Below, in pieces: positions 9,780-19,766 of a DNA stretch of 64,000 bases (its first letter is position 1; each line of letters begins with the position of its first letter). Origin of the DNA: Caldisericaceae bacterium (lineage in GTDB: Bacteria; Caldisericota; Caldisericia; Caldisericales; Caldisericaceae); contig JBMFRX010000004.1 of assembly GCA_049967855.1 (NCBI GenBank), positions 8,751 to 72,750 on the forward strand, given 5' to 3'. The position numbers were made by a program, and so were the translations under genes. The notes beneath the pieces were generated by a model. That model made no database searches. It was given only the letters and a program-made list of their open reading frames with translations, and was not told the origin of the DNA.

Positions 9780-10430
9780 ATGAGCAGATATGTTAAAACT
9801 TTATCAAAAGGTGAAGAAATAGGCAACAGCATAACTCATGGCGTTGGAGTTGCTCTGAGTATCGCTGGGCTTGTTTTGCTTGTAGTAAAAGCAAGCTTTT
9901 CACACAGTGCAGTTAAAGTAGCAAGTTTTGCAATCTTCGGAGTTACTCTCATATTGCTTTACTCTGCCTCGACTCTTTACCATGCATTCTACATAAATGT
10001 GAAGTCTGAAAGGGCAAAGTACATATTCAGGCTATTTGACCATTCTGCGATTTACCTCCTCATTGCAGGCACGTATACTCCCTTCAGTCTTGTTGCAATA
10101 GGTGGAAGAATTGGCTGGACGATTTTTGGTTGTGTTTGGGGGATAGCGCTGGTGGGAATAATTCTCAACATATTTTTCCTGGGAAGATATCCTGTGCTTT
10201 TTACTATAATTTACCTTGCGATGGGGTGGCTTATCGTTACGGCCTGGAAACCTCTTGTGCAGAATATGCCTCGTGGAGCGCTGATTTTGTTGATTGCAGG
10301 CGGTCTTGTGTACTCTTTTGGAGTAGTATTTTATGCACTTGAGAAGATGAAATACAGCCATTTTGTGTGGCATTTTTTTGTCCTTGGAGGCAGCATTTTA
10401 CATTTTTTAGCGGTTCTGCTCTATCTTTAA
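9780..10430 (+). CDS. hemolysin III / PAQR family membrane protein
   Basis: Seven TM segments. HGVG, LYHAF and HSAIYLLIAGTYTPF motifs. Confidence 0.85.
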   Translation: MSRYVKTLSKGEEIGNSITHGVGVALSIAGLVLLVVKASFSHSAVKVASFAIFGVTLILLYSASTLYHAFYINVKSERAKYIFRLFDHSAIYLLIAGTYTPFSLVAIGGRIGWTIFGCVWGIALVGIILNIFFLGRYPVLFTIIYLAMGWLIVTAWKPLVQNMPRGALILLIAGGLVYSFGVVFYALEKMKYSHFVWHFFVLGGSILHFLAVLLYL

Positions 10431-10510
10431 ACTTACGAGTTTTTTGGTGATTGCACTTTTTAACTTACATCAGTCAAAGGCGGAGATCATAAAAATAAAA
10501 TGATTTTGGT

Positions 10511-11746
10511 ATGAAAGAAATAGCAAGAGAATACAGAGGTTTTTTTAAAAACTTTTCGTTTCAAACAAAGCGCTTTATTCTGGCGATGTTCATCCTCTCG
10601 CTCACTCAAAACGCCTACTCGACTATTTTCAATCTTTATCTTTCCTATGGTGGGATTAAGAACGTTGTCATAGGACAGATTATCTTTATGTCAGGAATTG
10701 GAGCAAGCATAATAGCTTTGCCATCTGGCTTCATTGGAGACCGAGTTGGTAGGAAGAAGCTACTTGTTGCATCTGCTCTTGTTTTGCCAGTGCTTCTTTT
10801 GATTGAGTCAATAACCATTAATGTTACCACTTTGACAATTGTTTCAGTTTTGAATGGTATTGCAGGAGTTATACTTCATATATCAACTGACCCTTTCCTT
10901 GCCGAGAACAGCAAGCAGGAAGAGCGAGTGCATCTCTTTTCTTTGTTCTTCATCCTGTCTAATCTTGGAGCTGTCTTTGGAAGTTTCTTCGCAGGACGCC
11001 TCGTGTTGCTCTTTAAGGTCTCGCAATTCCTTTCGCTCAGGTATACGCTTATTGTCTTTGCGGTACTTTCTTTTTTGCCATTCCTGATTGTACTTCCAAT
11101 GGAGGATAAGAAGACAACGGTTGTAAAGCCTCAATTTCTTACAAGAGAAGACTTCTCTCTTATATTGAAATTCGGAGCGCAAAACGCCTTTATTGGTTTT
11201 GGAGCAGGTATGTCGCTTCCTTTCTTGAATTTGTATTTTTCACAGGTTTTTGGAATGCATCCCTCGTCAATCAGTACGATATTCTCAGTAAGCTCTATAT
11301 TTTTCCTTTTCTTTGGACTATTTGGCCCCAGGATATCGAGACGAATCGGGGTAGTGAAAGGGGCATTGCTATATGAGATTTTATCAGTCCCCTTCCTTAT
11401 AATACTTGCTCAATCCATACCGCTTTACCTTGCAGTTTTCTCGTTCTGGATGCGTGGAGGGCTGATGAACGCGGGTTCGCCTTTACTGAGTACTATCCAG
11501 ATGAGCCTTGTATCTCAGGAACGCAGAGGGACGCTCACCAGTTTTCTGAATCTCTTCGACAACATATTCCGTGCTTTTGGAACGCTCTTAGGAGGAGCAG
11601 TTATTCAGAAGGTTGGTTTTCAGATTAATTTTCTTTTTACAGCAATTTTCTACATAATTGCAATTGCCATTTTTTATTTCTTCTTTAGAGATAGAAATAT
11701 TCTCGAAAGTGCGCCAATTGAAGAAAGCGTAGAAATCAACATATAA
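10511..11746 (+). CDS. MFS transporter
   Basis: About 12 TM segments, GDRVGRKK loop motif between TM2 and TM3. Confidence 0.8.
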   Translation: MKEIAREYRGFFKNFSFQTKRFILAMFILSLTQNAYSTIFNLYLSYGGIKNVVIGQIIFMSGIGASIIALPSGFIGDRVGRKKLLVASALVLPVLLLIESITINVTTLTIVSVLNGIAGVILHISTDPFLAENSKQEERVHLFSLFFILSNLGAVFGSFFAGRLVLLFKVSQFLSLRYTLIVFAVLSFLPFLIVLPMEDKKTTVVKPQFLTREDFSLILKFGAQNAFIGFGAGMSLPFLNLYFSQVFGMHPSSISTIFSVSSIFFLFFGLFGPRISRRIGVVKGALLYEILSVPFLIILAQSIPLYLAVFSFWMRGGLMNAGSPLLSTIQMSLVSQERRGTLTSFLNLFDNIFRAFGTLLGGAVIQKVGFQINFLFTAIFYIIAIAIFYFFFRDRNILESAPIEESVEINI

Positions 11747-12022
11747 CTATTTACAAAAAAGTGTGTTTTGCTAAACTGTGATTAATGGAGACAAAAGAGG
11801 TTTTTTGATTCAATTGGAGAGGATTAAAAACGAGTATTGTATGGCTCAGAGATAGTTTTCAGGAGTTAATTAGAACGAGTGAAAGCAATTTACTCAAAGG
11901 CTTGAGAACTGCTGATGAAATTGCCGAATAAGGGTGAACTGAAGTAGGAATTGCCATATCTCTTTAGGTTTGAGTGAAGTTCAAAGAATTGAAAGAGTGA
12001 CAAATAAGAGGAGAGAGGAATT

Positions 12023-13633
12023 ATGAAATTCATTTTTGTAACAGGCGGAGTTATTTCGTCGTTAGGTAAAGGGCTGGTTGCCTCTTCACTTGGGTTGCTA
12101 ATGAAGGCAAGAGGGTATTCAGTGAACCTTGTGAAAGTGGACCCATATCTTCAGATTGATGCAGGCACAATGTCTCCATACGAGCACGGAGAGGTTTTTG
12201 TAACTGAGGATGGCGGAGAAACAGATCTTGACATAGGCAATTACGAAAGATTTCTGAACGTTAACCTATCTTCAAAAAATAGCATTACAACAGGGAAAGT
12301 TTACTTTAATGTGCTTACGAAAGAGCGCAAAGGAGAATATCTTGGCAAAACAGTTCAAGTTATACCGCACATTACAGATGAGATTAAGACATCAATTAAA
12401 GAAGTTGCTCAAGGAAACGAGATTACCATAGTAGAAATTGGAGGGACAGTTGGCGACATTGAAAGCCAGCCTTTTCTTGAAGCAATAAGACAGATGAGAA
12501 AGGACTATGGCAAGGAAAATGTGCTCTACGTTCATGTGTCTTTGCTTCCTTACGTGAAAGCAACCGATGAGTTGAAAACTAAACCCACACAGCACAGTGT
12601 AAAGGAGTTAAGAAGTATTGGTATTCAACCTGATTTTATTGTCTTGAGAAGCGAGATACCCGTAAGCAATAAAGTGAAAGAGAAAATTTCTCTTTTCTGT
12701 GATGTCGATGACGAAGCTGTTATAGAGGCTCTTGATGTAAGGAGTATCTATGAAATACCCATTGGCTTTGAAAGAAATGGTTTTGGCGGCCTTGTATTAA
12801 AGAGGCTCAGTTTGCCAGCAAGAAAAGCAGAACTTGGCTTCTGGGAGGATATTGTCCGCAAGGTAAAGAGCCCAGAAAAAGAAGTGAACATAGGAATTAT
12901 CGGAAAATACATTGAAATGAAAGACGCTTACAAGAGCCTGACTGAGGCTCTAATACATGGAGGAATTGCTAACAATACAAGGGTCAATTTGCATTGGATA
13001 AATGCAGCTGAACTTGAGCATTGTGATTTTGAAGAGATTCTTGACAATTTGCATAAACTTGGTAAAATCGACGGAATTCTTGTGCCTGGAGGTTTCGGTA
13101 TTCGAGGGATTGAAGGAATGATAAATGCGATAAGCTATGCAAGGACAAAGAATATTCCATTTCTTGGGATATGTTTGGGGTTGCAGTGTGCAGTAATTGA
13201 GTTTGCCAGGAATGTATGCGGACTGGAAAATGCAAACTCAACAGAGTTTGACGAGAAAACCCCGTACCCTGTAATAGATATTATGCAGGAGCAGAGGAAC
13301 ATTCATGACAAAGGTGGCACAATGAGACTAGGTTCTTTTCCTGCTCACCTTGAGGAAGGAAGCCTTGTAAAGTCTATTTACGGAGCAGAGAATGTTTCAG
13401 AGAGGCACAGGCATCGTTATGAAGTGAATAATCATTTCAGGGAAACTCTCGTCGAACACGGGCTTAGCATATCTGGAACATCACCAGATGGAAAACTCGT
13501 TGAGTTTATAGAAATAAAAGCGCACAGGTTCTTTGTGGCGACGCAAGCCCATCCCGAATTTAAATCTCGCCCGAGTGAACCTCACCCGCTGTTTAAATCT
13601 TTTATAGAGGCAGCATTTTCTGAAAGAGAATAA
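12023..13633 (+). CDS. pyrG: CTP synthase
   Basis: MKFIFVTGGVISSLGKG N-terminus and GICLGLQ glutamine amidotransferase Cys motif, 536 aa. Confidence 0.95.
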   Translation: MKFIFVTGGVISSLGKGLVASSLGLLMKARGYSVNLVKVDPYLQIDAGTMSPYEHGEVFVTEDGGETDLDIGNYERFLNVNLSSKNSITTGKVYFNVLTKERKGEYLGKTVQVIPHITDEIKTSIKEVAQGNEITIVEIGGTVGDIESQPFLEAIRQMRKDYGKENVLYVHVSLLPYVKATDELKTKPTQHSVKELRSIGIQPDFIVLRSEIPVSNKVKEKISLFCDVDDEAVIEALDVRSIYEIPIGFERNGFGGLVLKRLSLPARKAELGFWEDIVRKVKSPEKEVNIGIIGKYIEMKDAYKSLTEALIHGGIANNTRVNLHWINAAELEHCDFEEILDNLHKLGKIDGILVPGGFGIRGIEGMINAISYARTKNIPFLGICLGLQCAVIEFARNVCGLENANSTEFDEKTPYPVIDIMQEQRNIHDKGGTMRLGSFPAHLEEGSLVKSIYGAENVSERHRHRYEVNNHFRETLVEHGLSISGTSPDGKLVEFIEIKAHRFFVATQAHPEFKSRPSEPHPLFKSFIEAAFSERE

Positions 13634-13780
13634 AAGATAAAGAACCAAAAATGAATGTTTGTTGCAAAGCTTTGAAATCTTTGATTGAATTACCGCCAAT
13701 TCCCGCAAGACAAGCTCATAAACAACCTAATTTTAGCCAAGAACAGATAAAAGCAATTTCTATAATTTGGTGCTAAGCTT

Positions 13781-13807
13781 AAAAAAAGGGGCGCAGTTTC
13801 GCGCCCC
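13781..13807 (-). terminator. rho-independent terminator of the aminotransferase gene
   Basis: Minus strand GGGGCGC-gaaact-GCGCCCC followed by TTTTTTT (A-run 13781-13787 on the plus strand). Confidence 0.75.
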
Positions 13808-13830
13808 TGTAGTTCAATAAAGTCTTAATT

Positions 13831-15132
13831 TTACTTTGTTGCTTTTTCTATTGCCCTGTCAATTACCTCTAAGCCTTCTTTCAATTGTTCATCCGTAATT
13901 ACAAGAGGAATTAAAAGCCTGATTATGTTTTTATGTAAGCCAGCTCCTGCAAGCACCACGCCGTTCGCCATTGCATCAACAATCACTTTATGGCATGTCT
14001 CTGCATCTGGTTCCCACTTATCGCCGTCTTTTACAAATTCCAGAGCATACATTGCGCCAACGCCTCTTATTTCCTTCACGGCGCTGTATTTTTTCTGCAT
14101 TTCATCAAAGTGAGATTTGATGATTTTTCCAAGGTGTACAGCTCTGTCGAGAAGCTTCTCTTCCTCAATAATCTTTATAACTTCGATTCCAGCTGCACAA
14201 GCAACTGGGTTTCCGCCAAAGGTTGAACCAATAGAGCTTTTTGGTAAAGCGTCAAAGTATTTCTTGTTCCCCACAACAGCTGAAAGAGGAAGCCCTGCTG
14301 CTATTGACTTACCAAGAGTAATAAGGTCTGGTTCTATGTCCCAATTCTCTGAAGCAAAGAATTTGCCAGTTCTTCCGTAACCAGATTGAACTTCGTCTGC
14401 AACAAACAGGATGCCGTATTTGCGGGTTACTCTTTGAATCTCTTCAAGGAAGCCATTGGGTGGGACATTAAACCCACCTTCTCCCTGAATCGGTTCAATT
14501 ACCACTGCAGCCACATCCTCAGGATAAACTGCATCGGTAAGGAGTCTTTCAAAATCATTTATGTCATACTTGTTCCTGTGAGGGTTTGGATAAGGAAGCC
14601 TATAAACATCGGGCGCTGTTCCAAAGTTGTATTTGTATGGCATAGCCCTGTGGGTCATTGTCATTGTGAGAAGAGTTCTGCCATGAAATGCTCTATCAAA
14701 AACCACAACACCTTTTCGGTGAGTATAACCTCTTGCTATCTTTACTGCATTTTCGACAGCTTCTGCCCCACTGTTAAAAAAGGCAACCGATTTCTCAAAT
14801 TTGCCAGGAGCTCTTTCTGCTATAAGAGTTGCAAGTTCTGAATACTCCTCGTAGGGTATTGCAGTAAAGTCAGTGTGAACATACTTTGCTGCTTGCTTTG
14901 CGATGGCATCTACAACCCTCTTTGGTGAATACCCAACAATCAAACATCCCCAGCCCCCGGTGAAATCAAGGAATTTGTTTCCATCAACATCTTCAACAAC
15001 TGCGCCGCTGCCTTGCTTAATGTAAAATGGAGCAAGCGAGTCTACGGTTGAAGCAACGTGTTTTTCACGATTTTTTGCGATCTCAAGGCTTTTTGGCCCT
15101 GGGATTTTTGTCTTGATAAGAATAGTTCCCAT
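13831..15132 (-). CDS. class-III PLP-dependent aminotransferase (4-aminobutyrate/ornithine aminotransferase type)
   Basis: IPGPKS N-terminus, FNSGAEAVE, ADEVQSGYGRTG and LGKSIAAGLP (PLP lysine) motifs. Start set to ATG 15132, which has AAGGAG 8 nt upstream. Confidence 0.85.
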   Translation of the reverse strand: MGTILIKTKIPGPKSLEIAKNREKHVASTVDSLAPFYIKQGSGAVVEDVDGNKFLDFTGGWGCLIVGYSPKRVVDAIAKQAAKYVHTDFTAIPYEEYSELATLIAERAPGKFEKSVAFFNSGAEAVENAVKIARGYTHRKGVVVFDRAFHGRTLLTMTMTHRAMPYKYNFGTAPDVYRLPYPNPHRNKYDINDFERLLTDAVYPEDVAAVVIEPIQGEGGFNVPPNGFLEEIQRVTRKYGILFVADEVQSGYGRTGKFFASENWDIEPDLITLGKSIAAGLPLSAVVGNKKYFDALPKSSIGSTFGGNPVACAAGIEVIKIIEEEKLLDRAVHLGKIIKSHFDEMQKKYSAVKEIRGVGAMYALEFVKDGDKWEPDAETCHKVIVDAMANGVVLAGAGLHKNIIRLLIPLVITDEQLKEGLEVIDRAIEKATK

Positions 15133-15305
15133 GGTATCATCTCCTTTCTTTTTCATACCTACTTAATTGTATCAAAAATTATATTAAAGTCAACACAGGA
15201 AACAAACCAATTTTAATCAATTTTTTACTTTTTTTGAAAAAGCCCTGTAAACTTATTGACTTGATTTTGAAAAGTCATAAAATTAGATTTAACAAGGAGG
15301 GTGTT

Positions 15306-16901
15306 ATGGATGACGAAACAGTAGTATTCACTCGAAAGGCATCCGGGCTTGTAAGGGAACTTGGCTGGTGGGACGTATTGCTATTTACGCTTGCCGGTCC
15401 TGCTGCATCCGGAATGACTTATTACACTGTTAAAGTCCCAGGACTTTATCCGGGAGGAAGTATGACATTTGCCTTTATTGTTGGTTTGCTTGTCTGGTTA
15501 CCACCTGTTCTCCTTCTGGCAATTCTTTCTGCGTCTTTTCCAAGAAGTGGTTCTCTTTATGTTGTTATTTCAAGAGTGCTTCACCCGCTTTTTGGATTTA
15601 TCCCCAATTGGTCTTACGTAATCGGGGGAGGAGCTGCTCTTGCTGTTGGCTTTCTCAACTATCTTGGGTTGATTCCTCTTGCGTCAAGCATTCAAATTGC
15701 TGGGCTAATTACAAAACATAGTTCGCTTATGGCAGTTGGCGAATCTCTTGCAAATCCTTGGACAAGACTATGGATAGCGCTTGCTATAACCATAGTTATG
15801 TGGGTACTTGAGCTGTTTGGAATAGACAAGCTAAAGTGGGTATTTAGAGCCATTATTTACATTCCGCTGGTTGTAACTGGCATTGCGATTGTACTATTTT
15901 TCTTCAAGAGCGGCCAGCCTGCATGGGATGCAATCTTTGGTGCAGGTAAATACGAGGCAGTGAGAGCTCTGGCACAACAGCTTGAAATAAGCAAGGCAAT
16001 GCTTCCGCCTGGTCAAGCCCTTCAAGGGATGCTTCTTTCGGTTTTATGGGCATACACTGCCGTTGAGGCTGTTTCTTATGTTGGCTCAGAGGTCAAAACT
16101 CCGAGACTTTCTTATATGAGAGGAATGCTTCTTGGACTTGTTGCAGTGGGAATACTTTATGTCCTTAACTGTATTGCAGTTTTCAGGTCGTTCAATTACG
16201 GTTTCATAACGGAATACAGTTGGCTCTACTACAACCACTTTGCTGAATTGACGCAAGTGATTGGCTCAACACCTCCTGCCCCTTCCGTTCCATTCTATGC
16301 GTCAATACTCGGTAAGAGTGCAATATTTGCGGTAATACTTGGAGTTGGGTACTTCCTCTGGTATTTGAACACATCAATGATTATATGGATGGCGGGAGTA
16401 AGAGGCATTTTCGCAATGGCTTTTGATAGGCTGCTTCCTCTTAAACTTGCTGAAATTGGGCCGCTTGGTTCACCAACCTGGGCGAATCATCTTGTGGGAA
16501 TATTTGCAATAATAGGGGTTTTCATAGGCCTTGGAGATTCTCTTGGAGCGGCTCTTTCGTCAGCTATGCTTGCGCTTGAGGATTACTCCGCACTCATATT
16601 CATCTGGCCCCTTGGGCTTGCTGGGATGTTCTTGCCGTATACACGTCCAGACTTGTTTGAAAAATCTACATTCCAGTACAAGGTTTTCAATATCCCCTGG
16701 ATTACCATAATAGGCGCGCTTACATTTGGCATTGGTTGGTGGATGATACTCAACGTGACAACAGAGCAGAACACGCTTGCAATGCTTGCAACTACTGCAC
16801 TTGTGCTTGTGGGTCTCATACTTGCGGCAGTAATGTGGGCAAGGAGCAGGAAAGAAGGAATAGATCCTAATAAGATATTCAAGGAGATACCACCAGCGTA
16901 G
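15306..16901 (+). CDS. APC-superfamily amino-acid permease
   Basis: About 12-13 TM segments. Start set to ATG 15306, preceded by AAGGAGGG. Confidence 0.75.
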   Translation: MDDETVVFTRKASGLVRELGWWDVLLFTLAGPAASGMTYYTVKVPGLYPGGSMTFAFIVGLLVWLPPVLLLAILSASFPRSGSLYVVISRVLHPLFGFIPNWSYVIGGGAALAVGFLNYLGLIPLASSIQIAGLITKHSSLMAVGESLANPWTRLWIALAITIVMWVLELFGIDKLKWVFRAIIYIPLVVTGIAIVLFFFKSGQPAWDAIFGAGKYEAVRALAQQLEISKAMLPPGQALQGMLLSVLWAYTAVEAVSYVGSEVKTPRLSYMRGMLLGLVAVGILYVLNCIAVFRSFNYGFITEYSWLYYNHFAELTQVIGSTPPAPSVPFYASILGKSAIFAVILGVGYFLWYLNTSMIIWMAGVRGIFAMAFDRLLPLKLAEIGPLGSPTWANHLVGIFAIIGVFIGLGDSLGAALSSAMLALEDYSALIFIWPLGLAGMFLPYTRPDLFEKSTFQYKVFNIPWITIIGALTFGIGWWMILNVTTEQNTLAMLATTALVLVGLILAAVMWARSRKEGIDPNKIFKEIPPA

Positions 16902-16915
16902 AACTAAAAACTAAT

Positions 16916-16933
16916 GGGGAGCTCTCGCTCCCC
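16916..16933 (+). terminator. GC-rich hairpin after the permease gene (weak terminator; T-tract poor)
   Basis: GGGGAGC-tctc-GCTCCCC followed only by TT. Confidence 0.35.
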
Positions 16934-16957
16934 TTAACTCAATATTGAGGAGGTATA

Positions 16958-17905
16958 ATGAAAATTTTCTTTGCAGTTGATGTGCACGGTGCAACTACCG
17001 TTTGGCGCAAGTGGATTTCAGCGGTGGGAATATACGAAGCAGATGGGTTGATACTTGCAGGTGACCTTACTGGAAAAGTATTAGTGCCTCTTATAATGAT
17101 GGACGACGGTTCCTACAAAGCAGGGTATTTTGGCACTACCTGGGTGCTTAAGACGGAAGATGAGATAGAAGACTTTGAGAGAAAGCTTGATAATGCCGGT
17201 GCCTACTATATTAGAGCAACCAAAAGCGAAGTGGAAGAACTCAAGAACAACCCCGACAGGGTAAAAGAAATTATGAAAGAGAAAATGGTCGAACGGATGA
17301 GAGGTTGGCTTAACCTTCTCACAGAAAAAATAGACACTCAGAAAATTATGACAATTGTCATGCCAGGAAACGACGATGAGTTTGTTATAGACCCTGTTAT
17401 TAAGGAGTTTGAGAGCAAGGGAATTATTTATCCGCTCGACAAAGTACTTGATGTGGAAGGGCATGAACTCATCAGTTTTGAATACGTGAATCCTACTCCC
17501 TGGGATACCGCTCGTGAGGCAGATGAAGGGAAACTCAAAACTATGCTTGTTGATAAGCTCTCTTTGCTCAAGAATCCAGGAAACGCAATATTCAATTTTC
17601 ACTGTCCACCCATAAATACAAAAATAGACCTTGCACCAAAGCTTGACAAGAACCTGAGGCTCGTAGGAGGACTTGACGGAGTAAAATACGTTCACGTTGG
17701 TTCAAAGTCTGTAAGATGGGCAATAGAAAAATACCAGCCACTACTTGGACTTCACGGGCATATCCATGAATCAAGCGGATTTGAAACAATTGGAAAAACC
17801 CTCTGTTTAAATCCTGGTTCAGAATATGGAGAAGGTCTTTTGAGAGGTTATATTATCGATATTACAAGGGATGGAGTTAACAAATACTGGAAAATTCAAG
17901 GATAG
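16958..17905 (+). CDS. metallophosphoesterase (calcineurin-like)
   Basis: Ordered motifs VDVHG, GDLTGK, GNDD, HCPP, GHIHES. GAGGAGG SD. Confidence 0.75.
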   Translation: MKIFFAVDVHGATTVWRKWISAVGIYEADGLILAGDLTGKVLVPLIMMDDGSYKAGYFGTTWVLKTEDEIEDFERKLDNAGAYYIRATKSEVEELKNNPDRVKEIMKEKMVERMRGWLNLLTEKIDTQKIMTIVMPGNDDEFVIDPVIKEFESKGIIYPLDKVLDVEGHELISFEYVNPTPWDTAREADEGKLKTMLVDKLSLLKNPGNAIFNFHCPPINTKIDLAPKLDKNLRLVGGLDGVKYVHVGSKSVRWAIEKYQPLLGLHGHIHESSGFETIGKTLCLNPGSEYGEGLLRGYIIDITRDGVNKYWKIQG

Positions 17906-17914
17906 AGGTGCATT

Positions 17915-18745
17915 GTGGCAGATAAGTTTATTCATCTTGATGAGAAGAGTTTTATCAATGAAGCAAAGTCTATCATAGAAAAAGCACAGGAAAAGGGAAT
18001 AGTTCTCAGGATACTGGGAGCATTGGGTGTTTTTCTGCATACCGATGACCCATCTCTTTCAGGATTATTTTATTCGCTTGGACGGCTCGGCGAAGGAAAG
18101 CCTCTTTTTACAGACCTTGATGTTGTAGGTTATTCAAAACAGGTGCCTCTTGTTAAGAAGTTTTTTGAACAGGACTTGAAATTTAAAGGCAATGTCTACG
18201 TGAATACACTTTTTGCTTACAAGAGAAACATCTTTGAAGCGCCCGATGGACTTTATTCCGTCGATGTGTTTTATGATAGGCTTGAATATAGCCACAATGT
18301 AGAATTTGGCAATTCACCTGGGAGGGGAAGGCTTGAAATAGATTTTCCCACGATAACACTTGCAGATATAGTTCTTGAAAAACTTCAGATTCACGAGATA
18401 AATAGAAAAGACCTTATAGACCTTACCGTTCTTTTTGCAGGACACGATGTTCTCAGGTCTACTGAAAAAGAAACGGTTGATTCGGGATACATATCTAAAG
18501 TGCTTGCAAACGACTGGGGGTTTTATTACGATGCGGTGATGAATTTGAACAAGGTGAAGGATATTGCAAGCCAGTTTAAAAGGGATGGTAAAATTCCTGA
18601 TGAAGTATTGGCATTAGTTAACGAGAGAGTTGACACGCTTCTCAAAACTATTGAAGATGAACCTAAAACACCTAATTGGATTAAACGTTCAAAAAGAGGA
18701 ACAACTATTCCCTGGTACAGGGATGTTGAGGAAGTAGATAGATAA
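17915..18745 (+). CDS. hypothetical protein (possible nucleotidyltransferase-like fold; weak)
   Basis: GTG start with AGAGGTG SD. LRILGALGV...FTDLDVVGY loosely resembles the G-x-G...D-x-D nucleotidyltransferase signature. No confident family. Confidence 0.4.
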   Translation: MADKFIHLDEKSFINEAKSIIEKAQEKGIVLRILGALGVFLHTDDPSLSGLFYSLGRLGEGKPLFTDLDVVGYSKQVPLVKKFFEQDLKFKGNVYVNTLFAYKRNIFEAPDGLYSVDVFYDRLEYSHNVEFGNSPGRGRLEIDFPTITLADIVLEKLQIHEINRKDLIDLTVLFAGHDVLRSTEKETVDSGYISKVLANDWGFYYDAVMNLNKVKDIASQFKRDGKIPDEVLALVNERVDTLLKTIEDEPKTPNWIKRSKRGTTIPWYRDVEEVDR

Positions 18746-18764
18746 AAAAAGGGAGGTTTACTGA

Positions 18765-19391
18765 ATGGAATTTTTAAAGAAGAATTGGAAGTACTATGTA
18801 ATAAATATTCTGCTTGCCGTCGGGGTGTATTATGCTTCAAAGATTTATGCCCTTACTAACCACAATACGGGAAACGTACACATTTTACAAACAGCTTTTG
18901 ACAGGCTTGTTCCGTTTATACCGCAGTTTATAGTCGTATATAATTCTCTTGAGCCAGTTCTTTACATATCACTGCTGTTCTTTTTTGTTTTCCATCCCAG
19001 GATTTTCACGGCTTTTGCAAGCTCGATGATTGTGCTTTTCCTGGTGAGCAATCTTGTTTATGTTTTCTTTCAAACAGAAGTCCCTCGTCCTGCATTGACT
19101 CAGGGCACTAACTGGTATGTAGATAAAGTGATACAACTTTACAATAGTGACAATCCTTATAATTGTTTCCCAAGTCTTCACTGCGGAACTTCGACTCTGG
19201 CTGCTGCATTTTGGTTTGTGAAAAAGCGTTACAGAGTTGTTGCATACGTTATGGCGCTTTGGGCAGTGCTAATTATTCTATCAACTCAATTCCTAAAGCA
19301 GCATGTTGTTGTGGATATTACAGGTTCCATAGTAGCTCTTTTACTCTACTTTGCTGCGTATAGAGTTTTCAATTTGAAAAGGGAGTCTTGA
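18765..19391 (+). CDS. PAP2-superfamily membrane phosphatase/phosphotransferase
   Basis: Five to six TM segments, FPSLHCGTS motif typical of PAP2-type proteins. GGGAGG SD. Confidence 0.6.
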   Translation: MEFLKKNWKYYVINILLAVGVYYASKIYALTNHNTGNVHILQTAFDRLVPFIPQFIVVYNSLEPVLYISLLFFFVFHPRIFTAFASSMIVLFLVSNLVYVFFQTEVPRPALTQGTNWYVDKVIQLYNSDNPYNCFPSLHCGTSTLAAAFWFVKKRYRVVAYVMALWAVLIILSTQFLKQHVVVDITGSIVALLLYFAAYRVFNLKRES

Positions 19392-19450
19392 ACGGAATTT
19401 ATATAGGCTGATTTTCACAACCTGCATAGAGTTTGGCAAGATGAAACTAA

Positions 19451-19753
19451 TTATGCTTTTTTGGTTGGCTTGCCTACATTTACAGCCCATTTCATAATCA
19501 GGAAAACAATGAATGCAACTACAAGGAAGTCAATTGCAGCTCCAATAACCTTGCCATATAGTATTCCCTTGTAGGATAATTGTGAGATAGTTGCGACTCC
19601 TGCAGCCTTTAGCGCAGGATTAAATATTGCTGGCATTAACAGGTCATTCACTAAGCTTGCAATGAACTCGTTGAGTTTGCCTCCGATTATAACTGCTACT
19701 GCAAGCCCAAGCACATTGTACTGCTTGAGAAATTCCATAAATTCCTTTAGCAT
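19451..19753 (-). CDS. mscL: large-conductance mechanosensitive channel
   Basis: MLKEFMEFLKQYNVLGLAVAVIIG N-terminus. Start trimmed to ATG 19753 with AGGAGGAAGG SD; the longer track ORF overlaps buk. Confidence 0.85.
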   Translation of the reverse strand: MLKEFMEFLKQYNVLGLAVAVIIGGKLNEFIASLVNDLLMPAIFNPALKAAGVATISQLSYKGILYGKVIGAAIDFLVVAFIVFLIMKWAVNVGKPTKKA

Positions 19754-19766
19754 CTTACCTTCCTCC

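Noticed and set aside
11747-12022. 276-nt region upstream of pyrG examined as a T-box, riboswitch or reiterative-transcription attenuator
   Set aside because: I found only short helices (GCAATTT/AAATTGC, CTCAA/TTGAG). There is no terminator or antiterminator pair and no T-box or other consensus, so nothing is supportable beyond a long 5' region.
13651-13776. 41-codon Cys-containing small ORF (MNVCCKALKSL...IIWC) between pyrG and the aminotransferase terminator
   Set aside because: It has no SD or promoter-proximal geometry and no recognisable peptide family. It is indistinguishable from a chance ORF in AT-rich DNA.
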